From: Octopus vulgaris | Lineage: Eukaryota | Assembly (NCBI GenBank): GCA_951406725.2 | Contig: OX597822.1 | Location: 43,214,001 to 43,278,000, forward strand | Direction: 5' to 3' | Length of the DNA stretch: 64,000 nucleotides | Part shown: positions 28,761 to 42,943 of the stretch, piece by piece | How the letters are laid out: each line of letters starts with the position of its first letter | Position numbering within the stretch: the stretch's first letter is position 1 | The notes under the pieces: generated by a model | What the model saw: only the letters and a program-made list of their open reading frames with translations | Told to the model about the DNA's origin: nothing | Database searches by the model: none | Translations under genes and position numbers: made by a program

Positions 28761-28874
28761 TCTTTAATGCCAGAGAGTTTCTTGATGTTGCAATTATTTC
28801 CTTGTTAATGAAATTTTTTATGCTTGACTGGGGTTGGTAGGTCATGTTAGTGATGTCAGTAGACTGTTCGAAGG

Positions 28875-28965
<91 letters not shown>

Positions 28966-29333
28966 CATATATACACACCGTATTTTAACGTGTATAATGA
29001 AACTCAATTTTTGTCAAAAATTAGATTAAAGAAATATGAAAGTTTCTTATACATGGATAGTATTATAATCCCTTACAAACCCTTTCTTTCCAAATTTTAA
29101 GCCTACGTCCCCGAAATTAGGGCTTCCTTATATAGAGGGCTCCTTATGTATGTATGTATGTATGTATGTATGTATGTATGTATGTATGTATATCGCCATG
29201 ATAGATCGTTAGCCACTGTAGAAGAGCGTAGGCTTGAAACGTAAAAGACTTTTTCTATACCTGAGCGTTATACTAAACATCATTTTGTTTTGTACACCAC
29301 CTGTCTTCGACTTTTGCTTTTTTCATAAACTCT

Positions 29334-29383
<50 letters not shown>

Positions 29384-29411
29384 GTATGTATACATACATA
29401 CATACATATAT

Positions 29412-29604
29412 ATAGTTATAAAAAAGAAGTTTGAAAACGCCACTATACAAGATAAATTTTAATTTTCTGAGAGATTTTACATGTTTCGGTTCTTCTTGAA
29501 AAAAGTTAAGTGTAATAAAGAAGAACCGAAACATGTAAAATCTCTAAGAAAATTAAAATTTATCTTATATAGTGTTGTTTTCAAACTTCTTTTTTATAAA
29601 TATA
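29412..29604. repeat. Near-perfect palindrome: ~86-bp arms, ~20-nt spacer, inside (TA)n
   Basis: 29412-29497 is the reverse complement of 29518-29604; each arm carries CCGAAACATGTAAAA. Confidence 0.85.
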
Positions 29605-29632
29605 TACCCACTCGTATGCCACCTATACTTTG

Positions 29633-29676
<44 letters not shown>

Positions 29677-29717
29677 TATGTACGTATATATATACATATA
29701 CTTACACATATATATAC

Positions 29718-29789
<72 letters not shown>

Positions 29790-30070
29790 ATGTGTGTGTT
29801 GCGAACATTTGGAGGTGTTTCTCTTGTAGTACTGATAAGGATTTTGGGGCTCTGATGGTGGTTGCAAGAACATGCGCTGGAGACCTTATAACGATGTTGA
29901 CTACGACGACGACGCCGACGGTGATGATGACGTTACGATGATGATGATGATGATAATGGTGAATCTGATGATGACAATGACAGTGATGATGACGCCGTTG
30001 CTGATAGGAAGGATAATGGCGAGGATAATGAGGATGATAGTAATGATGATGAAGATGAAGATGATGAAGT

Positions 30071-30110
<40 letters not shown>

Positions 30111-30904
30111 GATGATGATGGCACTAAATCGCTAAAAGATTAAATGATGCGAATAGTTTCTTTGGGAGTAATAGAAGTAGTGGTAGCAGAAGAGATGGGG
30201 ATGAAGAAGAAGAAGAAGAAGAGGAAGAAGAAGAAAAGAAAGATGAAGAAGAAGGAAGAGAAGGGGGAGAAGGGATAGAGGAGAAATAAAAAGAAGGAAT
30301 ACAGAAATGATAGTCGATGAAGGTAGTAACAATAGGAAGTTAAGGAGTTGAAAGACAACAGAAAACAGCAAAGAAAAAGACCACTAAGAAGTCGGAGAAT
30401 GAATGATAGAGTAAAAACGAAAGTGAAAGTAGAGGAAAAAGGGTGGCGTCGTGAGAGAGTCATAGATTATAGACAGAGAAGGATAAGAGAGAAAGAGAGA
30501 GATGTGATATGGATGTGGATATTTTAGAGAGAACATAGAGGAAAAGTGTGTATCAGAGAGGGGGTGAGAGAGAAAGAGGGAGGAGGGAGAGAGACTGTGT
30601 GAGAGAGACTGTAAGAATGAGACTGAAAGTGAGAAAGGAGAGGGAGAGAGAAGAAGAGACACAAAGATGAAATTAAAAAGACAAGGGGGGTAAAGACAAA
30701 AGACACACACACATACACACAGAGAGTCTGTCTCGGCTTTTCACACAGAGAGAAAGAGAGAGGCGCTGAGAATGTGCAAGGGAGAGTAGGAGAAGAGATA
30801 TAAGATGCAAAACATGAAGACAAAGAGAAGGACGAAAGAAAGGTGAAACAATAGAGAAATATAAGATGGAGGACGAAATGTGGAACTTTACATATAATAC
30901 ATAC

Positions 30905-30975
<71 letters not shown>

Positions 30976-32123
30976 GGGAGAAAGATAATGAAAGGAGAGA
31001 CAGAGAGAGAAAGAGAGAGAAAGAAGGAGAGAGAGTGAGAATGAGAGAAAGAGGAGTAGGATGTGTATTTTAAAAGACAAACATTTGGGACGTCATTCGT
31101 TTTTTGTGTTCATAAAAGTACCAACCCTGAAGCAGTGTCTTGTGTAAAATGATTGTTTTGTTGTCATCTAATTTACAGAAGGACGTCTTTGTTGTTGCTG
31201 CTAGTGTTGTTGTTGTCAGTATAGTCGTCGTCCCTGTTGTGGTTGATGTTGCTGTTGTTGCTGTCGTCGTAGTGGCGGACACGGGGTGGGGTGTTAGTGG
31301 TTGGCGGTGGTCGTGGTCGCAGTTGTTGCGTGTTTTGCAACACTTGTTTCATTTAGCCAAATATTTGCTGTCACAGTATTTTTGTTTTTGTTTTTTGTTT
31401 TCACTGCTGCTGCGCTTGTTGCTGTTGTTGCTGCTGCAGCTATTGTTGTTGTTGGTATTGTTGTTGTCGCTTGTTGCTTATTCCTAATTATCAAGTTAAA
31501 CGTTTATTTAAAGTCAACTTAGCGCGTGCCTGTGTATACACATGTGTGTACGCGAGAGAGTATGTAGATGCATGCGTATATAAGTGTGTGTATGGATGTC
31601 TATGTGTGTAATTGTATTTATAAACAACAGAAAAGTCTGTGTGTGTGTGTGTGTGTGTGTATGGATATGTATGATTGTGTGCATGTGCGTGCTACGTGTG
31701 TGTGTGTGTGTGTGTGTTTGTGTGTGTGTACATTATGCAACAAAGAAATAAAGTGTGTGTGTCAGATAGTATATATGTGTATGCATGTGCATGTGTGTAT
31801 GTCTGTATATGCATGTGTGTGTGCGTAACTGTGTGTGCAGCGTGCTACGGAGAATTTGTGTGCGTGAATGTGTAAGTGTGTGTATGCAGGTGAGATAGAG
31901 TTAGCGTGTACGGACGTGCATGAGTGTGTGTGTGTGTGTGTATGTGTGTGTGTATTCGTGGGCAGTATGCAACAAATAAAGTGTGTATAGGTGTGTCTGT
32001 GTGTCTGTACGTGTCTCTGTGTGTATTTGTGTTTGTCTATGTGTATGTGTGTGTGTGTCTATATGTGCGTATGCCTGTGTTTGTATATGCGTGTATATGT
32101 GTCTGTCTCTCTGCATGTATGTG

Positions 32124-32183
<60 letters not shown>

Positions 32184-32545
32184 GGAAGGGTGTACGGGAA
32201 ATATTTAATGAAATATACTTTGCTATATTCTATTAAACAATAGAAATAACGAGTTGTTTTTGTTGCTGTAGTTGTTGTTATTGTCATCATTGTAATGAAG
32301 GATGTAGCGGTGGTGATGGAAGTAAAGGAGTTGGAACAACAGAATAACACATCGCGCAATATTTTGGACTAATCTATTTCCTCTTGAGTTCGAACCCTGC
32401 CCGTCTAAGCTCCTACTTTTATATACCTTAGAATTCATAACCCAAATACGTTGTAGTCAACGAAACGAAGGACTGGTTGTGTGGTTATGACTGGTTGTGT
32501 TGTTTTGTTAAATCATGGTTCCGTGATCAATCCTATCACAGAGTA

Positions 32546-33042
32546 GCTTGGTCAAATGTTCCCGTTTTTCATTTTATAACACAACTTGGGCAACTGTTCC
32601 CGTTTTTCTTTTTCTTAAGACAGTTAGGGCAAATGTTCCCATTTTTCCCTTTCTGAACATAGTTTTCGCAAATGTTCTCGTTTTTCTTTTTCTTAACACA
32701 GCTTGGGCAAATGTTCTCGTTTTTCCTTTTTGTAACATAGCTTGGGCAAATGTTCCCGTGTTTCCTTTTCTTAACATAGCTTCGGCAAATATTTTCGTTT
32801 TTTTCTTTTTCTTAACACAGCTTGGGTAAATATTCCAGTCTTTCTTTTTTTGACATAGCTTGGGCAAGTGTTCCCGTTTTTCATTTTTTAACATAGCTTG
32901 GGCAAACCTTCCCGTTTTTCTTTTTCTTAACACAGCTTGGGAAAATTTTTCTTAACATAGCTTGGGCAAATGTTTCCGTTTTGCTTTTTCTTAGGTGAGC
33001 TTGGGCAAATGTTTTCGTTTTACATTTTTTTAACATAGCTTC
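32546..33042. repeat. Minisatellite, ~39-bp unit, about 12-13 copies
   Basis: Unit approximately AACATAGCTTGGGCAAATGTTCCCGTTTTTCTTTTTCTT, one unit shortened near 32940. Confidence 0.92.
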
Positions 33043-33106
33043 GACTCGACTCAAATCCATGTAAACGGAGACACTGTTTCTGTTTTTGGTGGTTATTCCT
33101 AATCAG

Positions 33107-33242
33107 TTCTGTGCTCAATTTGACACCTCTACCTGGTCCATGGATACCCGTGGAAGGAGACCATTATGTCGTAAACATTCAGAGCAAGGATTACTCTCTC
33201 TTTTTCGCCAGTGCCGGGGGTGGGGGCGCTCTGAAGGTGATC
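33107..33242 (+). CDS. Candidate host-gene exon, product unknown
   Basis: Unique sequence; pyrimidine-rich CTAATCAG acceptor, GTAAGT donor; open frame SVLNLTPLPGPWIPVEGDHYVVNIQSKDYSLFFASAGGGGALKVI. Confidence 0.35.
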
Positions 33243-33724
33243 GTAAGTGCTAACCTTCTTTTTTCCTCTGATTATGCCCTCTCCCTCCGTTCTTCTGTCT
33301 TTCGCCTTGTTTCCTTTTCTCTCTCTCCTTCCGCCCTCATCTTCTCCGTCCGTCCGTCCCCCTCTCTCTCCCTCCTTCTCTTGTCTTCCTGTGTTCTCTC
33401 TCTCCCTCCCTCTGCTCTTGTCTTCTCCATCCGTCCGTCTGTCCGTCCGTCCGTCCGTCCGTCCATCCGTCCCTCTCTCCCTCCTTCTCCTTCCTTCCTT
33501 TCTTTCTTCCTTCCTTTCTTCCTTCTTTTTTCCTTCCTAACTTTCGTCCTCCCTTCCTTTCTTCCTTCCTTCTTTCCTCCCTCTCTCCCTCTCCTTCCTT
33601 CTCTCCATCCATCTCTCTCTCTAGCCCAGGAGTCATAAAGGCCGTTTACCTGGTTTCCCAGGTGAGAAGAAGTAATGGAAATCACATTTTCCCTTTGAAA
33701 GGGACGGCGACCAGTTGCACGTTT

Positions 33725-33921
33725 CGAGGCCAGAAATTTTGAGAGGTGGGCACGAAGCGATTACAGTACTGAATTGGTACCTTCCTTTTATGCTCCACCC
33801 CCATAGAATTATTGGAAAAGTTGACCTCTGTGGGATTTGAACTCAGAACGTAAAGTGCCAGAAGAAACACCGCTAAGCCTTTTTTGTCCCACATGATAGC
33901 GATTCTGCCAGCTTGCCACCT
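33725..33921 (-). mobile_element. SINE family B, decayed
   Basis: GATTCTGCCAGCTTGCC; TTTGAACTCAGAACGTAA. Confidence 0.7.
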
Positions 33922-34264
33922 TACACACATACTCACACACACACGCACGCACACAGACATACACACGCGCACACACACGTACACCCACACATATGCACAC
34001 ACACACAGGTACTCACACACACATAAACACAAACATACACACACGCACACGCACACACACATGCGCGCGCACACACACACACGCACGCACCCCTGCCCCC
34101 ACATGATTGGCACTTGCACTAGTCACTTGTCTTACTAGTTTCAAAGCGCCACCTTCTGAGTAAATACGTTTTCACTCTGCTAACTCTTTCTCAGGTTTCT
34201 TAAACAGATATTCAGACGTACAATATATACACAGATATATACACACGTACATACACGCATATAT

Positions 34265-34334
<70 letters not shown>

Positions 34335-34396
34335 ATATATTCATGGTGATTTTGCTCCTCCGTCTTCCTTTTCTCTTAGTCTTTCCTCCGTCTCCT

Positions 34397-34430
34397 GTTT
34401 CTGACGAAGAACTTTGCTCGAAACGTAAAG
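34397..34430 (+). ncRNA. Minimal hammerhead-like motif, slightly decayed, in insert 34343-34520
   Basis: TTT-CTGACGA-aGAAC-TTT-GCTC-GAAA-CG-TA-AAG; one mismatch in stem II. Confidence 0.6.
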
Positions 34431-34550
34431 CTACCTTTCTTTTCTTCCTTGAGCGTCTGCGAATACTTTGCATGTACTACGTCCTCGCATTGTTGTTTTT
34501 TCTTGTGTTTATTCTTTTTTTTGTGGGGGGGGGGGGCGGTTAACTATATA

Positions 34551-34606
<56 letters not shown>

Positions 34607-34609
34607 TAT

Positions 34610-34838
34610 TTCTTTATTGCCCACAAGGGGCGAAAGACAGAGGGGACAAACAAGGACTGACAAAGGGATTAAGTCGATTACATCAACCCCAAGGCGAAAC
34701 TGGTACTTTATTTATCGACCCCGAAAGGATGAAAGGCAAAGTCGACCTCGGTGGAATTTGAACTCAGAACGTAACGACAGACGAAATACCAGTAAGCATT
34801 TCGCCCGGCGCGCTAACGTGTCTGCCAGCTCGCCGCCT
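34610..34838 (-). mobile_element. SINE family B variant with a different 3' tail
   Basis: Head and body match family B; tail TTAATCCCTTTGTC...GGGCAATAAAGAAAT differs. Confidence 0.8.
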
Positions 34839-35414
34839 TACATATATACATGTATGTATGTATGTATGTATGTATGTATGTATGTATGTATGTATGTATG
34901 TATGTATGTATGCATGCATGTATCTCTGTATTGCGGGGCAGTGTATCAGATGACCGCTATCAATCAAAGTGTCAAAGACTGACATCTTGTCACAGTTACT
35001 GTGATATATTTATGAGATACAGTTTAATTTTTATAGTTGAAAGTAGGTATCAAATGTAATATAGTTAATATGTCGGTTACAAAGCATAATTGTCCAGGCT
35101 TCAGTCGACCAAGCTGTAAGTAGATACCACCGTCTAATATAATTCACTGTCTTATTCCCATGGCCAAGGCACACACTTAACCATGTGTAGCGTTTTCAAC
35201 CTAACTATCCTTAGTATCAAATTATTGTATAATTTCATTGTACTGTGTCTATACGAAAGATACTAAACAGTTATTAGCTCAGTTTACCTAAGTGCAAGTA
35301 GGTGCCACTTTTTAATGTCGCTCATTGTATTATGTCTATGATCAAGATACAAAGTTTGATCATAAAGTATTGATTGGGACTGGTGCTAGAATAAGAAAAC
35401 TAAAACACATCAAT

Positions 35415-36230
35415 TCGGCATTTATGTACTAGTGTAAAGTCGAATTTTTTAGACCATTTTTTAAAGGTCAAATTTATGGGATCGAGTATTATATGGACAC
35501 TACTTTTTGGGGGGCTGAAATTCAAGCTAGAATCCGAAATACCGTATCAGCAGTAGAAGCCCAACTGATGACGATGATGAAGATGACGATGATACAAGCC
35601 GTTAAAAGATGAAAGTGCATGAATGTGGGCAATAAAGGAACTGTCATCTGGGTAGTTGTAGGAACACTGGGATCGTTAACAACCAGGTTTGAGAGATTTG
35701 TTGGAGACCTTGGGATTGATTTGAGGCCGCATATGATCAGAAAACCGCTCTCTCGAGGACAACAAGGTTTTTAGGATTGGCACTTGGCGGTCAAGTTGCA
35801 TGGAAAGAGGTTTCTATTCGCTCTTAAAAAGTTAACCAGTGCAAGAAAAATCGAGATCTCAGAACTGAAATAGAAATATGCTTGCAGCATATCCTGTGCA
35901 TATATTTTATTCATGGTGATGTGGCACCCATCAACACATGTGTAAAGCTCGCTATAAAATGGCGTTTTATTATAAGCACCGAGGATTCCATTATAAGCAC
36001 AAAGCATTCCATCAACACAGCAGGCTACAGTAAGGTAGCTATACAGTTTTGTAAGTGTTATTTCTATGTGCAGGATAATACGGTGCCTTGACCCACAAAG
36101 GTTGTCCTGTTGTTCGTGAAATACTAGGTTCGACTTGTTATATGGGGTCTATGGAAAATTCCCAGTTTCTTGGCCAAAAATAGGGTGTCAACTTTCACAT
36201 AAGATCAACTGTTGCTCGAGTATACACGGT
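35415..36230. mobile_element. Possible pogo/Tc2-like MITE ends
   Basis: Right end CTCGAGTATACACGGTA with GTCAACT subrepeats; left end badly decayed. Confidence 0.35.
35595..35780 (+). mobile_element. Decayed Dong/R4-like C-terminal fragment
   Basis: VVVGTLGSLTTRFERFVGDLGI resembles the PIIVGALG...EKYVEQIG region of 40262-42655. Confidence 0.45.
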
Positions 36231-36235
36231 AATCT

Positions 36236-36345
36236 CCTTCAGAGTAGTTCCCTTCTGTAGCCTCACACTGTATCCAGCGTCGTTTTCTGTGATAGAAACA
36301 TTGCTAGAGCTCCTTTTTTGGGGAGAGCGAGCAGCTACCTCGTCG
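36236..36345 (-). pseudogene. Mariner transposase C-terminal fragment
   Basis: QCFYHRKRRWIQCEATEGNYSEG matches the RWxKCxxxxGxYFE tail pattern. Confidence 0.5.
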
Positions 36346-36399
36346 CATCTTCTTGGATTTAATTGTCTTGTTAAAATCTTATTTCTTTCAAGTGCGATT

Positions 36400-36550
36400 T
36401 GATTCTGAGTTCAAATTCTGCCATGGTCGACTTTGCCTTTCATCCTTTCGGGATCGATAAATTAAGTACCATTTGCGTACTGGATCGATCTAATCGACCG
36501 CCCCTCCCCACCAAAGAAATTTCGGGCCTTGTGTCTAGAGTAGAAAAGAA
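36400..36550 (+). mobile_element. SINE family B, 5'-truncated
   Basis: TTCTGAGTTCAAATTC...GTCGACTTTGCCTTTCATCCTTTCGGG. Confidence 0.8.
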
Positions 36551-36834
36551 TGTGAGAACGAAATATTTTTGCACGATGTAAGCGGCGCTGTAAAAATATG
36601 ATCAGTAATTTTGGAAATATTAAAAAAAAATCTTACGGGAATATTGAAAGAAAATTAGTTATATGCATTAAATGTTTAAAATTCTGAGATGAGATATTAT
36701 TAATAAGATTATAAGTTTTGCAATTATTAACACCTTAGAGATAAAAAAAATGAAATTATTTACATCTAAACTAGGCCACTTAATGACGTTATATATACAC
36801 ATGCATATATATGCATATATTTATAGGAACACAA

Positions 36835-36920
<86 letters not shown>

Positions 36921-37040
36921 TGATACAAATATGTATTTGTATACATGTATGCACGTGTGTGTAACTTTAAATGTATAACCATTTATATAGGGAAAAAGTT
37001 AAATAATTACTTAGTAATCTTTAAAACTATTATGATATAT

Positions 37041-37108
<68 letters not shown>

Positions 37109-37109
37109 A

Positions 37110-37512
37110 TACTCTTTACTCTTTTACTTGTTTCAGTCATTTGACTGCGGCCATGCTGGAGCACCACCTTTAATCGAGCAACTCGACCCGGGACTTATTC
37201 TTTGTAAGCCCAGAACTTATTCTATCGGTCTCTTTTGCCGAACCGCTACGTTATGGAGACGTAAACACACCAGCATCGGTTGTCAAGCAATACTAGGGTG
37301 ACAAACACAGACACACAAACACACACGCACATATATATATACATATATACGGCGGGCTTCTTTCAGTTTCCGTCTACCAAATCCACTCACAAGGCTTTGG
37401 TCGGCCCGAGGCTATAGTAGAAGACACTTGCCCAAGGTGCCACGCTGTGGGACTGAACCCGGAACCATGTGGTTGGTAAGCAAGCTACTTACCACACAGC
37501 CACTCCTGCGCC
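37110..37512 (-). mobile_element. tRNA-derived SINE family A, best-preserved copy
   Basis: Minus strand GGCGCAGGAGTGGCTGTGTGGTAAG (A box), GGTTCAGTCCC (B box), internal TA/TG tract, 3' CAGCATGGCCGCAGTCAAATGACTGAAAC(AAGTAAAAG/AGTAAAG). Confidence 0.9.
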
Positions 37513-37530
37513 TATGTATGTATATATCAT

Positions 37531-37572
<42 letters not shown>

Positions 37573-37608
37573 TATATGTATATATATATATATGTACATA
37601 TGTCTATA

Positions 37609-37673
<65 letters not shown>

Positions 37674-37885
37674 TTGTGTATCGTATTTAATGTAAATACA
37701 TCAGAAAAAGGCAAAATTACAGCGGCTATGGCCCGGAGCTATTTATTACTTGCTGTTTAAAAATAATATATATATTGGAGAACAGAATTCCCTCTAGTAG
37801 TGCCAACCTTTCTGTTCAGGTGAGCGTCATCAGCATAATGTACTCACCGCGATCCGCATGCCAATACAACATCTGCCTCTAGTAA

Positions 37886-37980
<95 letters not shown>

Positions 37981-37995
37981 ATATCTACCTATCTG

Positions 37996-38243
37996 TGCGA
38001 CTTCAATTCTACGAAGGAGTTCTATAGAGGATTAGTGGAGGGTAGGTGCGACGATGTTCTTGGGAAGAATCTGGGCGTTCTTTGGAAGAATCTAATTTGT
38101 TCTACATTTTATTCCGCCTTAGTTTGCTGTTTACACGTCCCAACTGCTTTCGATCCCTTTTGATCGTTCTTTCTTTCCTTCTGGCCTTTTTTCCTTCTTT
38201 CTTTCTTTTTTCTTTCTTTCCTTCTTTTTTCTTTTTCTTTCCT

Positions 38244-38287
<44 letters not shown>

Positions 38288-38366
38288 TCCTTCTTTCTTT
38301 CTTAAAGGAAAGTTCTGCATTGTATTTACCCCTCTATATTCGGCCCTGCATGGCTAATAAAGGAAG
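37996..38366 (+). mobile_element. Internally deleted copy of the Tx1-type family inside (TATC)n/(TGTC)n
   Basis: 37996-38080 matches 24515-24598; 3' end TTCGGCCCT...GGCTAATAAA matches 25487-25509. Confidence 0.8.
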
Positions 38367-38832
38367 ATATCTGTCTGTCTGACTGTCTGTTTATTTGTCT
38401 TTCTGGCTGTCTATCCGACTGTCCGTCCGTCTGTCCGTCCGTCCGTCCATCCGTCCGCCCGTCTGTCTGTATCTGTCTATCTATCTGTCTGCTTGCCTGC
38501 CTGTCTGTCAGTCCGTCTGTCCGTCTATATGTCCATCTATGTATACTTGTGTGTGTGTGTGTTTGCATGTCTATGTAGTTTGAGGTTGCCCCACCACCGC
38601 TTGACAACCGGTGTCAGTGTGTTTACGTCTCCGTTACCTATCGGTTCGGCAAAAGATACCGATCGAATAAGTCCCAGGCTTAAAAAAAAAGCACTGGTTA
38701 GAAACCGTCTCTTTCTCTATCGGCAGGAAATCTTGAAATAGAATTGAATAATGACAATTATACATACACACATACATACATACATACATACCTACATACA
38801 TACATACATACATACATACATACATACATACA

Positions 38833-38924
<92 letters not shown>

Positions 38925-38999
38925 CATATATAAACTAATACACCTGCTTGTTTATAGAACTGTCTTCGTCTTCTGTTTTTCTGTAAATTTCAACTACAC

Positions 39000-39051
<52 letters not shown>

Positions 39052-39614
39052 GTATATATATGTGCATATATATACACACATACGGACATATGTATATTTT
39101 TTATGAATGTATTACGTATATAGATGGGCATACACAAATACAAAAGCAGAATAATGAAAAAGAATGAGCTGCAAGTATCAGGTTAAAGAAGAAATGTGTA
39201 AAAGTCTTCAGACTATGGGTTGTTGTTATTGATAAGGGTAATAGATATAAAGCTGTTTGTTATAACTACAGAAAATTTGGTGATGGCTAGATAAAGTTTT
39301 TTCACATTCAGTTAGCTTTAAAAAAAGTACCCCAACAGATAAAAAGAATTCTAGAAAATACTTTAGTTCAAAGTTAAGCTGTGAACATATCTTCAGACAC
39401 TATGGTGATTGTGATATTCGTGGTGGAATTTGAACTCGGAACGTAAAGAATTCTGCCGTAGATTAGCTCCAAGAGGCCATCGTCTCTTGGATTAATTACA
39501 GATTTATAGGAAAAATGAATTTCATTTTCATAATTAGTATACAAAACTTAATCCATATACCAAATTTGAAAATAATTGGAACAAAATCGTAGACAGTAAT
39601 GAAAGCCATAGAGG

Positions 39615-39760
39615 TCCCTTTCCTTTTATTCCTTTTTGTCAAAGAGCGTAGGATCGAAACGTAAAAGGCTTTTCCATTTTTCACGAGCGCCAAACTAATA
39701 CACTTGTTTGTTGTCCCTACACCTGTTTCGTCTTTGCTTTTCTATAAGTTTGAGGTAAAA
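39615..39760 (+). repeat. Short repeat family with hammerhead 3' half (GAAACGTAAAAG); related pieces at 29220-29340 and 38932-38996
   Basis: AAGAGCGTAGGATCGAAACGTAAAAG vs AAGAGCGTAGGCTTGAAACGTAAAAG; shared ACTAATACAC...CTGTCTTCGTC tail. Confidence 0.6.
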
Positions 39761-40261
39761 TACATAAAGCCTATGATGTGTACGTTGTGTATATTTCTTG
39801 TTAATACAGTTAATAATGAAAAGTCTAAAAGATTCGTCGCACTTCTGCGTCTTGGTCACTGACACAGATCCACTGCAAAGACACGACATACAACACAGCA
39901 TGAACACTTACAATCATAAAAACGCCCGTGTGCGTGTGTGTGTGTGTGTGTGTGAATTACTTCTTTAAAAACACAAATACACAGAAGAGTCCAACATCCG
40001 ATATCTACTATCATATGCATACACACATATACATAAATGCACAAACACATAAACACCACCGCTTCCGCCGCCGCCGTTGAAGCTACCACTACCACTACCA
40101 CCACAACCACCACCACCACCACCACTACTACCATAACTACCGCCACCGCCACCGCCGCCACACTACCATCATCACCACCACCACCACCACCACCACCACC
40201 GCCGTCACCACCGCCGCCGCCGCCACTACCGCCACCACCACCACCACCACCACCACTGTAG

Positions 40262-42655
40262 TGGAGAGTGTACAGCGGAGAGTGAACAGATGAAAAGTTG
40301 ATACCAGATAACAATGAAAGTCAAAGGTTTTGGAGTGACATCTGGAGCAAAGACAAGGAGCACAAGAAGGATCCTGAATGGTTGCAAGAACTGAAACAAA
40401 CAGTCTGTCCAAATCAGGCAGAACTAGTCATTTCAGTTAGGAAAGTGAAGGAAATCAGCAAAAAAAGGAGCAACTGGAAGGCCCCAGGACCAGATGGAGT
40501 TCAAGGATACTGGATCAAAAGATTTGGTGAATGTCATGCACGAATAGCTGCGCAACTCAACACCTTGTTAAATGCTGACGAAGTAATACCAGAGTGGTTG
40601 ACAATGGGTAGGACAGTGCTGTGCCTGAAAAACATCGAAAAAGGCAATACGGTAGACCGGCCGATATCCTGTCTGCCAATTATGTGGAAATTATTGACTG
40701 GAATACTCGCAGAGTCAATGTATGAACTTCTAGAAAAAAATAGAGTCCTGAAATTTGAGCAGAAGGGTTGCAAGCGTAATTGCAGAGGAACTAAGGATCA
40801 AATCCTGATAGATAAAACTGCACTTAGAGACTGCAAGAGGAGGAAAAGTAACTTAGCCATGTCATGGATCGACTATCGTAAGGCGTACGATATGATCGCA
40901 CATTCTTGGATTATGGAGTGTTTGGGATTGCATTGAGTGTTGAGCGATTGCTTGGAAAAAGTATGGCGAATTGGAGGACAGACTTAACAGCATACGGAAG
41001 AAGTTTAGGGACAGTAGAAATTAAGAGGGGCATCTTCCAAGGGGACTGTCCGTCCCCATTGATCTTTGTACGTTACTTGATACCACTAACACTGATTCTG
41101 AGGAAAGCAAATGCTGGGTAAGTATTCAAAACCTGCCAACAAAAAGTCAACCATTTGTTATTGATGGATGACCTCAAACTTTATGGTAAAGATGAATCCC
41201 AAGTCAGTTCTGTCGTTGATACGGTGTATACCTTCAGTCCTGATATCAGAATGGAGTCTAGACTGAGAAAGTGTGGCGTGTTAGTCTTGAAGAGAGGCAA
41301 GATCAAATGTATGGACGGGCTATCGTTACCGTCGTGGGGAGGTTAAGAAGCAGATAGAAGAGACGGGCTAAAATTACTTGGGGATTTGGGAAATGGACAA
41401 ATTGATGGAGAAAGAAATGACAGAAAAATTTAAGGTGGAGTACTTGTGCAGCCTGAGACTGATACTTAAGTTGAAATTAAACGAACGGAATAAGATCGAA
41501 GCTATCAACACCAAGGCGGCTTCACTCCTTAGATATGAAGCAGGGGTAATCGCATGGACATTGAACGAACTAAGCAGCATAGACAGAATGACAAGGAAGT
41601 TGCTAACTAGATATGGGTCACTCCACCCAAAAAGTGACACAGAGACTACATGTACCACGAAAAGGAGAAAGAAGAGGACTTTTGGGATACGAACACAGCA
41701 TTAGGGCAGAGGAAAATAACATAGCATGGTATGTAAAGAATGCTACAGAACCTCTATTATTATATGTAAGAAGGTCATGCTTATGTAGGATGAAAGATTG
41801 CAAAGATGCAAAGATAAAGCACTGTACAAGCAATTGAAAACATTTGAAACTGAAAATAGTTGGGTAAAGAAAAGAATGCATAGCCAATTTCATAGGGATG
41901 TTGAAGATAAGACAGAAAAAAGATGGCTGTGGATGACTAAAAGTGATTTAAAACCGGAAACGGAGTCTTTAATCTGTGCTGCCCAAGAGCGAGCACTAAG
42001 AACAAACTATATAAAATACAGAATAGACAACATATCAGAAAGTGATAAGTGCAGAATCTGTGGACAAGATGGTGAAAACGTATGGCATATTACAAGCCAA
42101 TGTATGCCACTAGCCTAGAAAGAATATAAGAGACGCCATGACAATATATTGACAGACAAAAAAATTGGTACGACCATAAACCCGAAAATCATAAAAAATG
42201 ATAATGCAAAGATCCTATAGAATTTTATGATTCAGTGCAACGCTCAGACAGAGAATAGGAAACCAGACATAGTGTTCATTGAGAAAGAAACTATGCTGGA
42301 TCATAGATATAGCATGCTCAGCTGACAACAAGGTATGTGATAAGGAAGAAAGAAAAGTCGATAAACGTGATAGGTTAGCTGCGGAAGTTAAGCAGTTCGG
42401 TCGATGAAAAAGGTGGTAGTGGTACCAATAATTGTCGGAGCCCTGGGAACAGTGAGTAAAAATTTCGAGAAGTACGTGGAACAAATAGGGACTGCAATAA
42501 GGGTGGAGCACTTGCAGAAAACAGCACTACTTGGAACCGCTCGAAAACTCCGGAAGATGCTCGAAAAATAAGGGGTGTTACCTTAGTTCAATGGTATCGA
42601 ACAGCTGACACCGTAGTACATCTCCATCGTTAGAAGCTGTGCAAAGACAATAAAA
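40262..42655 (+). pseudogene. Dong/R4-clade RLE non-LTR retrotransposon; 5'-truncated, multiple stops and frameshifts, ends in (AAT)n
   Basis: WKAPGPDGV, RPISCL, EQKGCK, WIDYRKAYD, RGIFQGD, MDDLKLY, CRICG...HITSQC zinc knuckle, RKPDIV and IDIAC endonuclease motifs, PIIVGALG. Confidence 0.92.
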
Positions 42656-42678
42656 TAATAATAATTATTATAATCATG

Positions 42679-42753
<75 letters not shown>

Positions 42754-42802
42754 TATACGTATATGTTTATATGTATATATATAATATAATATATATGTAT
42801 CT

Positions 42803-42849
<47 letters not shown>

Positions 42850-42874
42850 CATACATATATATATATATATACAT

Positions 42875-42943
<69 letters not shown>

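Noticed and set aside
32546-33042. CRISPR-like array or repeat protein
   Set aside because: Units are contiguous with no unique spacers, there are no cas genes, and the context is eukaryotic; it is a minisatellite.
37800-37840. Minus-strand CTGATGA...GAAAGGTT motif
   Set aside because: Stems I and II cannot be formed convincingly.
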